Of a DNA stretch of 29,852 nt, positions 1 to 13,100 are shown in pieces. The notes beneath the pieces were generated by a model. That model ran no database searches, was not told the origin of the DNA, and was given only the letters and a program-made list of their open reading frames with translations. The stretch spans positions 1 through 29,852 of the forward strand of contig JADGIF010000039.1 in assembly GCA_018985225.1 (NCBI GenBank), in the 5' to 3' direction. The stretch's first letter is position 1, and each line of letters starts with the position of its first letter. The stretch is from Amoeboradix gromovi X-113. Taxonomy: Eukaryota; Fungi; Sanchytriomycota. The translations under genes were made by a program, and so were the position numbers.

Positions 1-192
1 AAGTACGGGCGCTAGTTGTTTATAGAGGTTGCCGTAGAGTAGTGAAACAACCAATTGATCAATATGGAGCATCTGAATGTTGCCATCAGTGCAAGCTAAT
101 GATATCTATTATGAATACTATCGATCTCGACTTTCTCGTGTCTGTAGCGCGCCAAAATCTGAAAAACAACTGAATTTATTCTACTGTATCAA

Positions 193-453
193 CTACATCG
201 ATGTGAAATCGCATTTAGCTTCTTTTAAAATTTCTTTCGTTTGAATCAACCGTTGCCGGTGCTGTTGCATATCTTTTACGCTGTCTTCAAGCAACTGTAC
301 TAAAATATCGTCTTCCTGCTGCTGACCTATAGAATCTAGTTTTTGCGCAGATTGCGATAGCTTTAAAATCATCGAGTCGATTTCCTTTATCTCATTTTTT
401 ATAATGTCCTTTGGCTCTTTTTTAAAATCCTCGATGTTAAACTCAGTAGACAT
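193..453 (-). CDS. Small coiled-coil protein (86 aa), possibly TMA17/Adc17-like
   Basis: ATG-to-TAG ORF, AATAAA shortly after the stop. IEDFK...EIDSMILKLSQSAQKL resembles my recollection of the yeast Tma17 N-terminus (IEEFK...EIENSINHLQRSNARL). Family call is tentative. Confidence 0.6.
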   Translation of the reverse strand: MSTEFNIEDFKKEPKDIIKNEIKEIDSMILKLSQSAQKLDSIGQQQEDDILVQLLEDSVKDMQQHRQRLIQTKEILKEAKCDFTSM

Positions 454-544
454 GGTTTCAAATACTTATGAAGAAATATGAAATACGAAAGATTGAAATA
501 GATGATTTTTATATTTTGTTTATTTTTAATTTCACTGGGGTAAA

Positions 545-2089
545 ATGTCATATCAAGCACCTAGTAGAGTGAAAATCATAGTACCCGATGATCCGTCCGA
601 TGAGTTGTATCAAAAGCACCATTGGAAAATTCTGAGAAAGTCGATTAATGGGTTAATAAACAAGTTAAACCGTAATAACATTACTGAAATTGTTCCGTTA
701 TTAATTGACCTGAATTTAGTAAGAGGATCTGGTTTACTCTGCAAAAGTTTAATGAAGTCGCAGCAGCTATCATTGCTCTTTACACCTGTATACTCTAGCT
801 GTGTTGCTATTTTGAATTCAAAGTTTCCATCTATTGGTGAGTTGCTCATCAAAAGACTGGTTATTCAGTTTAAAAAGTCATATAAAAGACAGCAAAAGCC
901 ATATTGCCTGGCAATTACTACTTTTATAGCTCACTTAACCAACCAATACGTGGTTCATGAACTAGTGATTCTACAAATTTTATTTTTATTTTTAGAGAAC
1001 CCTACCGATGATTCAATTGAGTTATCTGTTAATGTAATAAAAGAATCTGGTCAAGTTCTATCGGAAAACTCACCCAAAGCACTGATTGCTATTTTTGATC
1101 GTTTACGAGGGCTGCTGCACGATACCAAACTTCATATTCGAATTCAATACATGATCGAAGTGTTATTTCAAGTTCGGAAAGACGGATTTGTTAATTATCC
1201 ACGTGTACTCAACGAGTTAGATTTAGTAGAGGAAGAAGATCAAATCACACATAAAATCGGCTTAGATGATGAACTAGACCCTTCAGATGAACTGAATCTC
1301 TTCAAATACGACGATGAATACATTTCAAATGAGGAGCAATACAATTTGATTAAATCAGAAATCCTTGGACAAGAAACCACAGAGGAAGAGGAGTCTGATG
1401 AAGCAGAGGAACCTACTATAAATGTGATAGACAAGACTGGCAATGATTTGATCCAGTTGCGCAAGTCAGTTTATTTGACTATTAAATCATCTTTGGGTTA
1501 TGAAGAATGTACTCACAAACTATTAAAGCTTGGAGTATCTGATGAGTACAAATCTGAGTTACCTAATATGCTCATTGATTGCTGCAGTGATGAAAAAACA
1601 TTCAATACATTTTATTCTCAAATTGGGATTCGTCTTTGCATGCTGAATCCATTTTGGGGGAAATGTTTTGAATCCCACTTTGCGGTGATTTACGAAAACG
1701 TAAACGAGATGGAAACAAATCCTATAAGGAATGTAGGATCCTTTTATGCACATTTGCTTGTAAAAAAAGTGATTAGCTGGGAAATATTCAAAACTGTGTA
1801 TCTGAGCGAATCTAAGACCTCATCAAGTACGAGAATTTTAATGAAATTCCTTTTAATGGAAATGATGGGGTTGATGGGAACGAAGGAAATGAAAAACGAA
1901 TTTAATAAGGATGAAAATATAAAAAATGTCAAAGGATTATTCCCAAAAAGAAAGATAAATGACGCTAGGTTCGCTGTGAACTATTGGACATCAATCAAGA
2001 TGGGATTTATGACTGATGAACTTAGACAATGGATACGAGAGATGGAAGGTAAAGAAGAACACGGAGTAAAGAAACAAAGACTTAACTGA
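545..2089 (+). CDS. CWC22: Pre-mRNA splicing factor CWC22 (MIF4G + MA3 domains), compact 514 aa
   Basis: W..LRKSINGLINKLN..NI, NLVRG.GL.C.S.M..Q, LLIKRLVIQFKK, NPTDDS.E, RIQYMIEVLFQVRKD, ELDLVEEEDQITH and RFAVNYWTSI.MG.MTDELR are CWC22 signature blocks. AATAAA overlaps the stop. Confidence 0.96.
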   Translation: MSYQAPSRVKIIVPDDPSDELYQKHHWKILRKSINGLINKLNRNNITEIVPLLIDLNLVRGSGLLCKSLMKSQQLSLLFTPVYSSCVAILNSKFPSIGELLIKRLVIQFKKSYKRQQKPYCLAITTFIAHLTNQYVVHELVILQILFLFLENPTDDSIELSVNVIKESGQVLSENSPKALIAIFDRLRGLLHDTKLHIRIQYMIEVLFQVRKDGFVNYPRVLNELDLVEEEDQITHKIGLDDELDPSDELNLFKYDDEYISNEEQYNLIKSEILGQETTEEEESDEAEEPTINVIDKTGNDLIQLRKSVYLTIKSSLGYEECTHKLLKLGVSDEYKSELPNMLIDCCSDEKTFNTFYSQIGIRLCMLNPFWGKCFESHFAVIYENVNEMETNPIRNVGSFYAHLLVKKVISWEIFKTVYLSESKTSSSTRILMKFLLMEMMGLMGTKEMKNEFNKDENIKNVKGLFPKRKINDARFAVNYWTSIKMGFMTDELRQWIREMEGKEEHGVKKQRLN

Positions 2090-2170
2090 ATAAAAGCATA
2101 TATACACCATACATCTAATAAATAACAATTACTTACTTAACAGTGTCTTTTAGGTAATGAGAATCGCTAC

Positions 2171-2857
2171 ATGGCTTGTTGGCTTATGGAATTTTTATGT
2201 AGCTGGAAAGATTGCGGAATAAAGAATAAAGACCAGTTAGAATTCTTACACCACGTGAAGCAGCACGGTGAGACCTCGGATGATTACAAATGCTATTGGG
2301 GTACATGTTCGACCAAGAGAGAAGGAAAAATTGGGATTATATCCCATTTGAACGTTCACGTGCCATTCGCGCTACATCAATGTAGCTACTGTTTAGATAA
2401 GTTTAAACGAGTTCATGATCTCAGAAGGCACGTTCAAGACAGATGTAGAGTGAAGAAATTATCGAAATTTGAAAAACAAGAGTTTTCACCTGCGGAATCA
2501 ACAAAATTTGAGTCTCAGAAAAATATTATTTTCACTCCTTCAACCGAATCTAACCATATGGCCAGCTCTAAAAGAAGCAACCGAAATATAAGAAGCAAAC
2601 GCATTATTCCACCTGAGCCAGTTATAGCTAGTAGACCAAAACGTAGACGAGCTGCAACAAAGACAAAAGAAGCTGCTCGTACTATTTTATCATTTGGAAA
2701 TGACAAATCTAAGGTATCACGCAGTGGCTACACAGACTCTACATTCAAGACTCTTGATTCAATTCCAAGTGGGTTGTTAACAGACCATAAGTCTTCATTG
2801 AATCTGGTAAGGAGCCTTATTGAACAGGAGGTTATGAAGCTGGAAAATAGCTTTTAG
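2171..2857 (+). CDS. PacC/Rim101-like three-finger C2H2 transcription factor, short (start may be 2186)
   Basis: CSWKDC...H...H / CYWGTC...ISHLNVHVP..HQCSYC...FKR.HDL.RHV parallels PacC fingers (CQWGSC...ITSHIRVHVPLKPHKC..C.K.FKRPQDLKKHV). Basic NLS-like RPKRRR follows. Confidence 0.8.
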   Translation: MACWLMEFLCSWKDCGIKNKDQLEFLHHVKQHGETSDDYKCYWGTCSTKREGKIGIISHLNVHVPFALHQCSYCLDKFKRVHDLRRHVQDRCRVKKLSKFEKQEFSPAESTKFESQKNIIFTPSTESNHMASSKRSNRNIRSKRIIPPEPVIASRPKRRRAATKTKEAARTILSFGNDKSKVSRSGYTDSTFKTLDSIPSGLLTDHKSSLNLVRSLIEQEVMKLENSF

Positions 2858-2951
2858 TAAATACCTTAATAATATCTTTAATGTCTCTATTGGCACATCA
2901 CAGATAATTTCTAAGGTTTGCATACATTTTTTAAACATAGGAGTTTATATT

Positions 2952-3290
2952 ATGAGTCAGATTGGCATCCCTGTTAAATTACTTCATGAAAGCATGGGTC
3001 ATATAATAACGGTGGAACTCAGTACTGGTGAAATCTTGCGTGGAAAACTGTTCGAAGTCGAAGATAACTTTAATATTCAAATGACTGATATTACTTGCAC
3101 TTCTAGATCAAATCAAGTTACCCACATGGAACGAGTGTACATACGTGGCAGTAACGTGAAATTAGTAATTGTTCCTGATATGCTTAAAAATGCTCCAATG
3201 TTTAAAAAGCAGAAGAATCTCGGAGTTGGCAAAGGTCGAACAGCCCTGTCAAGGAAGTCAAGATACACTAGACCTCTGTATGGTACGTAG
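2952..3290 (+). CDS. SMD3: Small nuclear ribonucleoprotein Sm D3
   Basis: IGIPVKLLHE..GH.ITVEL..GE..RGKL...EDN.N, V.IRGS.V and PDMLKNAPMFK are SmD3 motifs. Confidence 0.96.
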   Translation: MSQIGIPVKLLHESMGHIITVELSTGEILRGKLFEVEDNFNIQMTDITCTSRSNQVTHMERVYIRGSNVKLVIVPDMLKNAPMFKKQKNLGVGKGRTALSRKSRYTRPLYGT

Positions 3291-3310
3291 CTAATAAATT
3301 AAAGATTTAT

Positions 3311-4672
<1,362 letters not shown>

Positions 4673-4859
4673 TCAATGGGGAACCTGCAAGGCAATAAAA
4701 TTGGGAGCTGCTGCTACTTAAGCAAAATATATAAAACATGTGACAAAATTGACCAATAAGAATTGGTCTTGTGATTTATAATTCAAGAATACAAGAATAA
4801 AACTTTAATAATTTACTAAAGAATAATTAAATTACCGGCTGTGTTTGCCCTAAGAGTTT

Positions 4860-6164
4860 TTAAACTAAATCGAAGTTCCAAATAATTATGGAGCTATCTT
4901 CACTTCCGCTTATTATTTTCACCTCATCCATTTGAACAGCTTTAATATCTCCTTCGTGTAATTTTAAATTAGATTTTAGTTCCCCGTTATGATTCCATAT
5001 TTTCACAGAGCCATCAACAGTACCAGATATGATTCTCTGCTGATTCATACAGATGCTCCATATACCACTCTTATTTCCATAATAGTCAGAATGCGTGTCA
5101 TTTGAAACATCCCATAAGCTAATAAATCCCTCTAAATCACCAGAAATTATAAATTCTGGATACTTTGATATTCTATCTACAACCTTTTTATTCAGAATTA
5201 GAGGGTACTTTGGTGACCATATGCTCAAACCTTGCACTTGTGCACCGTGCTCAAATATTTTTACACACGATCTAGATTCCACATCCCATATTCTAACGGT
5301 GTTATCATCACTACAGCTAATTACCGATTTTTGCTTGTACAACAAAACCCTGTTTATCCAGTCAGTGTGGCCAGTTAGCTGCACATTCTCACCTGTTTTA
5401 AAGTTCCATATCTTAATTGAATTATCGTTGCTTCCAGTAATAACTAAAGTCTCATCAAAATCAACACAAGTTATGCCCTCATCATGGGCATTATCGAAAG
5501 ATCTTAGCAACCTTCCCTGCTTGTAGTTCCAAATCTTCCATGACTTGTCCATTGAAACACTTATCAGCTTGTCATCGTCAAACTTAAGGCCTCTAACACA
5601 ACCAGAATGAGAGGTAAGCTTGTGCAATATCTCACCTGATTTAATATCCCATACAATTATAGATTGGTCCCACCCACCGCTTATTAAGTAATTGTTGGAA
5701 AAATAGAGTGCAGTGATGCCGTCAGTGTGCCCTTTTAAAATCGAAGTCGTGTAATTACCAAGTCGCCAATTCTTTTCAACTCTCATTCTCTTTTCATAGA
5801 AGCGCTTCCAGCCGCAGAAAACATCACTATCCAGTGACGGAAGGCACCAGCCGCATTTTGTACATTCCTTATAAACGTGTTGACCACAAAGGTGTTGCCA
5901 AACTTGTTCAGAATTAGACAATTCCTTCCAATGTTTGCTGACGGCCGCAGATTTGCACAAAGATTTGGCATCTAGAAACATTAGTATTTTACAGCTGATT
6001 TCTTTCGGTAGATTTTTCAGAAAATTCACTTTTGTCAATTTAACAATATGGTTGCTAATAAAAGACTTTTGACAAGAATTCAGATGCTTATAAAGCCTAA
6101 TTAGCACAGACGTTCTCTCTTGCTCATTTAGTTCTAAAAAAAGTTCTTCGATTTTCGACTCCAT
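4860..6164 (-). CDS. MET30: F-box/WD40 protein of the Met30/SconB/Pof1 family (SCF substrate receptor, sulfur regulation)
   Basis: F-box LPKEISCKILMFLDAKSLCKSAAVSKHW followed by the family-typical CGQHVYKECTKCGWCLP (cf. CEQHIDRKCTKCGWGLP), WKRFY..R..VEKNW, then about 7 WD40 repeats (GHTD...WD). Confidence 0.82.
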   Translation of the reverse strand: MESKIEELFLELNEQERTSVLIRLYKHLNSCQKSFISNHIVKLTKVNFLKNLPKEISCKILMFLDAKSLCKSAAVSKHWKELSNSEQVWQHLCGQHVYKECTKCGWCLPSLDSDVFCGWKRFYEKRMRVEKNWRLGNYTTSILKGHTDGITALYFSNNYLISGGWDQSIIVWDIKSGEILHKLTSHSGCVRGLKFDDDKLISVSMDKSWKIWNYKQGRLLRSFDNAHDEGITCVDFDETLVITGSNDNSIKIWNFKTGENVQLTGHTDWINRVLLYKQKSVISCSDDNTVRIWDVESRSCVKIFEHGAQVQGLSIWSPKYPLILNKKVVDRISKYPEFIISGDLEGFISLWDVSNDTHSDYYGNKSGIWSICMNQQRIISGTVDGSVKIWNHNGELKSNLKLHEGDIKAVQMDEVKIISGSEDSSIIIWNFDLV

Positions 6165-6255
6165 ACTAAAATCAGAGTTTCAGAAGTATTTGGGGGTTTG
6201 CAATTAAAAAAAGGTAAATCATAGCGAATGAGTTTTGTATAATGAATTTATTTAA

Positions 6256-6828
6256 TCAAAGTGCCGTAGAAGCAGAATTTTGCTGCGATGAAAACATTCC
6301 AAACATTTTAGCACCAAGTAAAGTGTTGCTGGATGGGAATATGGATGATTTTTGGTTATTGCATTTGTAGTATCCATACAAGTTCGAGCCATTTAGTAAT
6401 ACTGCTACCACACATATTACAAGCCACGGGAACTGCAAAAGATAAAGAAATCCAAACAAAATCCATAAAGCGGTAAATCCTACCATCGTGGACCAGAATA
6501 CAAAAGAATCACTGGAGTTTGGCGAGTAGTTGGGTCTACTTTCGAATACCCACTTATCCTCCATTGACCACCATCGCAAGCCAACAAGTAATCTACCGCT
6601 TACATTTTTGGTTGTCCAAAAGTCGAATGCTAGACTCAAAGTGCAAATAACAAACACTAACACGTAGGATTGTAGGCTTGATCCAAATAAGAACACTACG
6701 AACGCTATGACTTTGAACAGCAAATGAAAAATTAGCGCAATTGGATGTGAAGACCTGCTTATAACAGTTTCCGAAGGACCTTGAGGATTTCCAATTGGTA
6801 TTGACTGATGCTCCGGGATAGATGACAT
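6256..6828 (-). CDS. TVP23: Golgi membrane protein TVP23/FAM18
   Basis: HP.AL.FHLLFK, FDFWTTKNVSGRLLVGLRWW, WVFESR and N.YGY.KC motifs. Confidence 0.95.
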   Translation of the reverse strand: MSSIPEHQSIPIGNPQGPSETVISRSSHPIALIFHLLFKVIAFVVFLFGSSLQSYVLVFVICTLSLAFDFWTTKNVSGRLLVGLRWWSMEDKWVFESRPNYSPNSSDSFVFWSTMVGFTALWILFGFLYLLQFPWLVICVVAVLLNGSNLYGYYKCNNQKSSIFPSSNTLLGAKMFGMFSSQQNSASTAL

Positions 6829-7100
6829 TTCAAATATTTAGAAATATTGTTTCAAATTGTTAAATATTTTTGGATTGTTATGCGATTAGCTATTATGTTA
6901 CAAAGAATTTTTATGCCTTAATATCTGGAAAAAAAACTTCAAGCAAGCATTTAACTTTATTTTTCAATGAGTTCTCTTTTAGCACTTAAAGCGAATTACG
7001 GTTAACTAGGCAGGAAACTTTGTGGATGTATTCTGGATATGGCTATACCGTACTCTGGTCTATTACGAACTACAGACGTCTCATTTGTTTCGTCTCATAT

Positions 7101-10100
7101 ATGATTTCATATTTCATTTTAGCTCTTATTGCTCCGTTATATGCTAGTACGAGGGAAAACTGGTATGATCGCATATTTCTAGACAACTTTAATGTTGTAA
7201 TTGCTGTTCAAAGAGGTACGGATCCACAGTATAGTGAAAACCCTGCAGATCTATATGATGCGTTTCCAGAAATGGGTATGGATTCACTTATATTTAAAAG
7301 CAACGAAAGAAACGATTATATAGCCTTCAGAGCCGACGGTGAGTTGCATGCACTGGATCCTTCGATAAAACCACTGATAAGCTCTGGTGGAAATTATTTC
7401 AAAGCTTTTTACAATAGCTCGAATATAATGTTCTGTGAGTCAAACGAGGTATGCGGAGACGCTCTTTACAGCTCATATGGATATCAAGTCCAGCCAAAAA
7501 CATATGCTTATGAAATCGACAGCTGCGAGACTAAACATGTTATTAAATTAACGCCAGTCGCAAAATTGTCTGTATATTCTGAATGCTCAAATACAGGTTA
7601 TGTTGGAGAAGATGATTTTGACTTCTTTTCATACAACTCAAGAAATTATGCTATGTTTCAATTTGGTTCAACTTCTGATCAGACATTTAGCATTTTGTAC
7701 GTTATTGATGATGTAAAAATCAAAAATTCTCTAGAACTTGGCGGCGAATACATTGACTTAATGGTTAGCAATACTACTTATGGTTCTGACATGGAGTTTA
7801 AGGTAGCCTGTGGAGTGGAAAACTTTAAAATCCAGTTTTGTAAAAATAATGTTTGTTTCTACGGCTATAGTCTCTACTACTCTACAATGGGCTGCTTCTC
7901 CCATACTTATACACTGGATTTTATCTTCGACAGTGATTCTGAATTGAGATTATATGAATTGCATACAACGCCCAGTAATTGTCACCCAGACTATGTAGCT
8001 GGAAATGGAACATCTACATTCTCCAAATGTGTCAGTGGCTATAACAATACATTTAATTTTGAACAAAGCGGTGTGGTAAGTATGTACAAAACTTTGTATC
8101 ATTCAACATCTGTATTTTACAATTTGAACGCTCAAGGTAGCTCAGAGTGTGTTATGGTTACATCAAAAACCTTAGGAAACGTTCAATTTATTGACAGCAG
8201 CAACGCAATTGGATTCAAACGTACAAACGATGGTTGCGCTAATTTAACTCCTGACTTGGATCTGAAGTTTAATACTACGACACTAGTCAAAAGCTCCTCA
8301 TATGCCACAAACTATACAACTGATATATATGTATATTCCGATGATAACTGTCAAGAGTTGAGCTACATATATCGTAAGATTGTAAACAATTGCAGCAGCT
8401 CAATTAACGCAAGATGCAGCAACAAGAGAGTAGTATTTTGCCAAGCTCATTTTCCTTTTGCAGATTATAATTCCAACTCGCGGTTTAGTGCTGACATTTT
8501 CCAAATGTTTTCGGGACTCAATTATCCGGTTTTCGTTTTTTCAACATCCAACTCCACCGACTTACTAGAGTATATATATTTAAACCTAGAGAGCACAACG
8601 GATATAGCTATTGGAAACTTAATAAACCAGAACACAGCCGATATTGATTGCAATGTTCAAAAGTGCACTTACATTTCTCCTAAAGATTATTTAGATTTTG
8701 GATTGTATTATCCTGTTTTTCATAATCTGATATCTAGTAACACTAACATGAAAGTGGAATTTGCAATTGCAGCTGGCGCTTATTACTATTATGGATATTA
8801 TTACGTTTCCTATGGTGATACTCAACATTTTAATTTATGCAAGTCCGTAATTAACGGGCGAAACCGGCAAAACGGTCCATTTAATAGTTGCATATCTCCC
8901 GTAACTATATCAATTGTACCCGAGTCAGCCAAACAGATTATGTTTCCGTACTTAATAAACGGAGAATTACATGTTCAATTTATTGAGACTCCAGGAACTT
9001 CTATTAGAACCCTTGTTTATAGCATCTCCAGTTTTTCATTTAAGGAGGATTACACGCTGTCTAAGTTGCAACCTGAGATATCAGTTTTTTCAATCATGGC
9101 TTATAGTTATACATATTTTACTTATTGGACTGATACTAGCGGGTATTCACACATAAAATTAAGCACTCGCCAACTAGAATTTGAGCCGCAAAGAAGAGTT
9201 TTTATAGAGCCCAAAATGGAACATGCATATTGGTTGTGGGAAGAATCATCATTTGTTCTGTACAAGTACAACATTGATTCAGAAGAGAATGAAGTAGAAT
9301 CATTAATGTATCAATTCCAGCCGAGCGATCAGAATTATATTCGGCAACTGATTGATCAAGGCGGGGTTTATTTTGATAACTTGATATACGTTAATTATAA
9401 CAACTATTCACCAGATACTATAGTAATTCAGCTGACACCATTTCCTAGTGTTAGGATCATTGATGGCGCGAGATTTTCACTACTATCAAGTAATTTTGCT
9501 ATATTAAATAACAAGTTATACATCTGTGGTATAAGCGGAAATGAGTTATATTTATCAGAGACGGTGGCAGGTGGAAACACTAACACAATTTACCAGAAGT
9601 ATACAGGTAACACGCAGGAGCAAATTTCAATTGTCTTAAAAGCGGAGTCTAATAACTTGTATGCTCATGTATTGACAAGTGCGGGATTCAATATCTTGCA
9701 ATTAGTGAGAGAAAGTAACGCCGAAGCTATTGCTCAATTTGAAAGCAAGACTTTTAGTCCTTTAATTAATGTAAACCATGATTTGTATTACTTACAATAC
9801 AGCAGCAAAAATCTGCATCTGCTGAACTCTGAACTAACTCCTCTACATGAATTTGAGCCATTTGATGCTTTTAAAAATTTGGGATGTTTCAATTCAGACT
9901 GCTATTCACTATTGATTTACAATAACAGCAGCAAGATTGTTAGAATATCTACAGATAAAAAAGAACAGAATGTCGTTTATCATAGTGAGTATTTGTATTC
10001 AAGCAACTATTCGCAGATACAAACACTTGGTAGCAAGAGTGAGTTCGTAAATTTTACACCCACACAGACGGATCTCGGCACCGTTTTCCAATATTCATCT

Positions 10101-13100
10101 CTAAGCATTGATACATTCGATATTCATGAGTCCACAGAGACTAGTAATGAATTTGTAAAGCTCTTCAAACGTGGTTTTCAGGAATCTAAATCCGAACAAG
10201 TTAATAGCCAATCGATTGCATCTTACAACATGCAATCTACATATTTACCTGATGATGTAGTTTATGAACATAAATTTGTGAACTCATCGATATTTGCCTT
10301 TCATCCAAGTGCGTTATTCATAAAGAATGGCTCTCACATCAATTGCATTGGTACTAGCATTCCATGTGACAGTATAGAGTCGTCTTTCAATGATGTACTT
10401 ATCGAGTCTAGCGTGTCATATGTATACATTTATCAGGTATTTTTTAATAGCACTTTTACTGTGTACTTGACCGAGTACAATATGCAAACAATGGTTAAAA
10501 CTACCGTAAACATTATCAATACTGATGAAAATGTGGTATTATTGGCCTCTGATATCACATTGTTGAAGAAGCATAGCATTGACTTGGTATTTGTAGCGTC
10601 ACCTTCTAATTACAACGATAGTACTAGCTTGTATCATATACATCACGATGAATATAATAGCAGCATAGATGCTGTAGAACTAGTTTCTTTTAGCAGTCAA
10701 ACTAGAGTACAGCTGTTCAGATTTGAAGAAACAGTTGTCATGGTTTGTGGTTATATAAATCAGGCTATTGTCCTGCTAGAAATTGATTTAGGTTTTCATA
10801 GAATTAGAGAAAGTCACACATTTGGCAGATTTCCTAACTTACAAGACTTTTATATCCATATGGAAGCAGATATCAGTGTGATTTATCTACAGGTTCATAG
10901 CTTAAATATTACCACCGTCTATGCAATGTATATGGGCGATAGTAGCCCAAATAGTGTAATTGACTTATCAAATCAGCTCTTCTCTGAGATTCAGACTATC
11001 TATGACATTAGCATAGTTACCCCAAAACTAGAAACCATTCTTTGTGATTTGAACGCTTATCCTCCCTACTCGCCTTATTTGAAATTGTTTTATAAATATT
11101 TAGACATTCCTTATATCAGCAAACTTGAGTGCATTGATAATAAAATAGTGCAAGCCGACAATAGAGCAGGATACTTTAAATTCAGTTATTTGCAAATTGA
11201 ATTAGTACCATTTAAAACACAGCAGTATATCGACAAAATTGCATACAGGGCTACAATTGATAGTAGATTTCACCACAGTAGTGTAACTATACAATCAATT
11301 CCTGTTTTCAATCCAATGAGCATTAATTTGTTTGAAATCAATAAGCAAATTGTAATTGCTGGGCGAGGATTTGGTAACAAGGATATTCAGGAAGTTGAAC
11401 CTAGCTGTAGATTGACTGCGTTTTGGGGGAACGTAGCGCTGGAGTATACAATAACAACTGATCTTAATATAACCTTGAAACACGATTCTATCTCGTTTTA
11501 CATCCCCGAAAGTGTGAGTGTTTATGGATTATTAAGAAGTGTTAAGATAGAACTCTTAATTGATAATCGCCTTTTTTCTGCTTCTACATTTATTGTTCAT
11601 AGACCGCATTTGTCACTCTCAGATATTATGTACAATCAGGCTAGTACAAATGTCATTCTACAAAGTTCTGATCTGTTTCTACTTAAAAATTCATCCGTTC
11701 TATGTTTCTCTTATCTCAGTTGTTTCAATTCCACGCTATCAGTTAAGATCAGAGTGTTAAGTTTACTTGACGACTCATCCATTTCACATGATTATTCATT
11801 GATTCAATCTATTGTTGAACCCGACCTTCAAGGTGTTGCTATAGTAGTTAACACAGTTGATCCTCTATTCTACATATCGTCCATATTGTTCACTAGTCTT
11901 ACATCTCCATTGTCTCATTTTGTGCAGGACCTAGAAATGCTGAATACCACAATTGTACCAGGTAGTGAACCTATCATACATAGTATAGCTGGTGATTTTG
12001 ACTTCAAATCCACCACAAATACCATGATTATTAGAGGCACAGGATTCAGAGTAACTCATAGTATCGCCAGTATCAACTGCAATTACTGCAAGTATCATAT
12101 CAAATCTTGGAACGACTCCACTATTGAATTCACCATATGGGAAACCAACATATTTGCTTCAATCAATCGGTTGCCGTCTTTACAATATATACCAGTTTCC
12201 ATTGCTTATGCTCAGTTTACTAGTAATGTTGTTAAAATCCAATTAGTCAATACCCCGGTCATAGGTTCCTTCACATTCGAGTACGATCCGTTCGTATTAT
12301 TCATTAACGGCTTCAATTTGATATGCAATTTTGAATTGAGTTATAAGTACTCCCACAGTCTTAACACAGGCATCATGCGTGATTACTCACATTGTGACTC
12401 AAACACAACAATTATAAATATGCCATTAGTTGGTGACAACATAATGTTTAACGAATTATCTTTTAAAGTAAACAATTACACGGTTATTGAATATGGGGTT
12501 AACATAGGAGGTTATCCTTATTCCCATTCCAGTGTATTAGATGTTCTATTTAATGGTATATCCTCATTATCCATTGCAGAATCCCATCAATCATTCTCCT
12601 TGAACTTGTCCAAGTATTATAAGGACTTCCCACTTGTCAATTTTAAAATAAATCCTACAAGCAGCAGCAGCATGTCGAGCACTTTTGTCAATCTTACAAG
12701 AGATGGAAGCTTGTTTAGTGGATACTTTACTCCAAACACTATTAAAGTTTTAATAAGCAATTCCGATATCAATTCCGTTCTTTATCCACTCATAATTGAA
12801 TCTGCCCCTAACAATAATATATCTATTATTTCTAATACATTTAACATCAGTTATAAATATCCATCTGTTAGTGACCCGCAATTAATCTATGTAAGCAACG
12901 TTAGATATGTTACATTTGATTTGTTAAATACAGACGATGCTCCTGTAGCACCTTCTACATATCCTTGCATTTCAGCAAACAATAGTGCTAGTTGGTACAC
13001 AGATTTAATTGTAAGCTATACGGCTCCAGTTACAAGGACCGCTAATGTTTATAAATGCAACAATACTAACATATTCATATTAGACGAGAATGCAACAGGA

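Noticed and set aside
96-118. 23-nt GT..AG on the - strand that might extend a gene leftwards
   Set aside because: Branch motif is misplaced, there is no start codon for the upstream exon, and the 86-aa gene already ends with a stop plus AATAAA.
2128-2142. U1 snRNA 5' end-like TACTTAC
   Set aside because: Lacks ACTTACCT and any U1 stem-loops or Sm site; lies in an 81-bp spacer.
2807-2827. 21-nt GT..AG segment in the PacC-like gene
   Set aside because: In frame, not needed for the ORF, and lacks T5, the -6 A and the TAG end of the consensus.
3283-3304. 22-nt GT..AG segment spanning the SmD3 stop
   Set aside because: Does not fit the consensus, contains the AATAAA, and splicing would run the ORF antisense into tubulin.
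7020-7100. TTG/upstream start for the giant ORF, and TTG starts at 4672, 24216, 25007, 21121, 22385 and 19337
   Set aside because: These are artefacts of prokaryote-style ORF calling. Downstream ATGs give canonical N-termini, or the segments are second exons.
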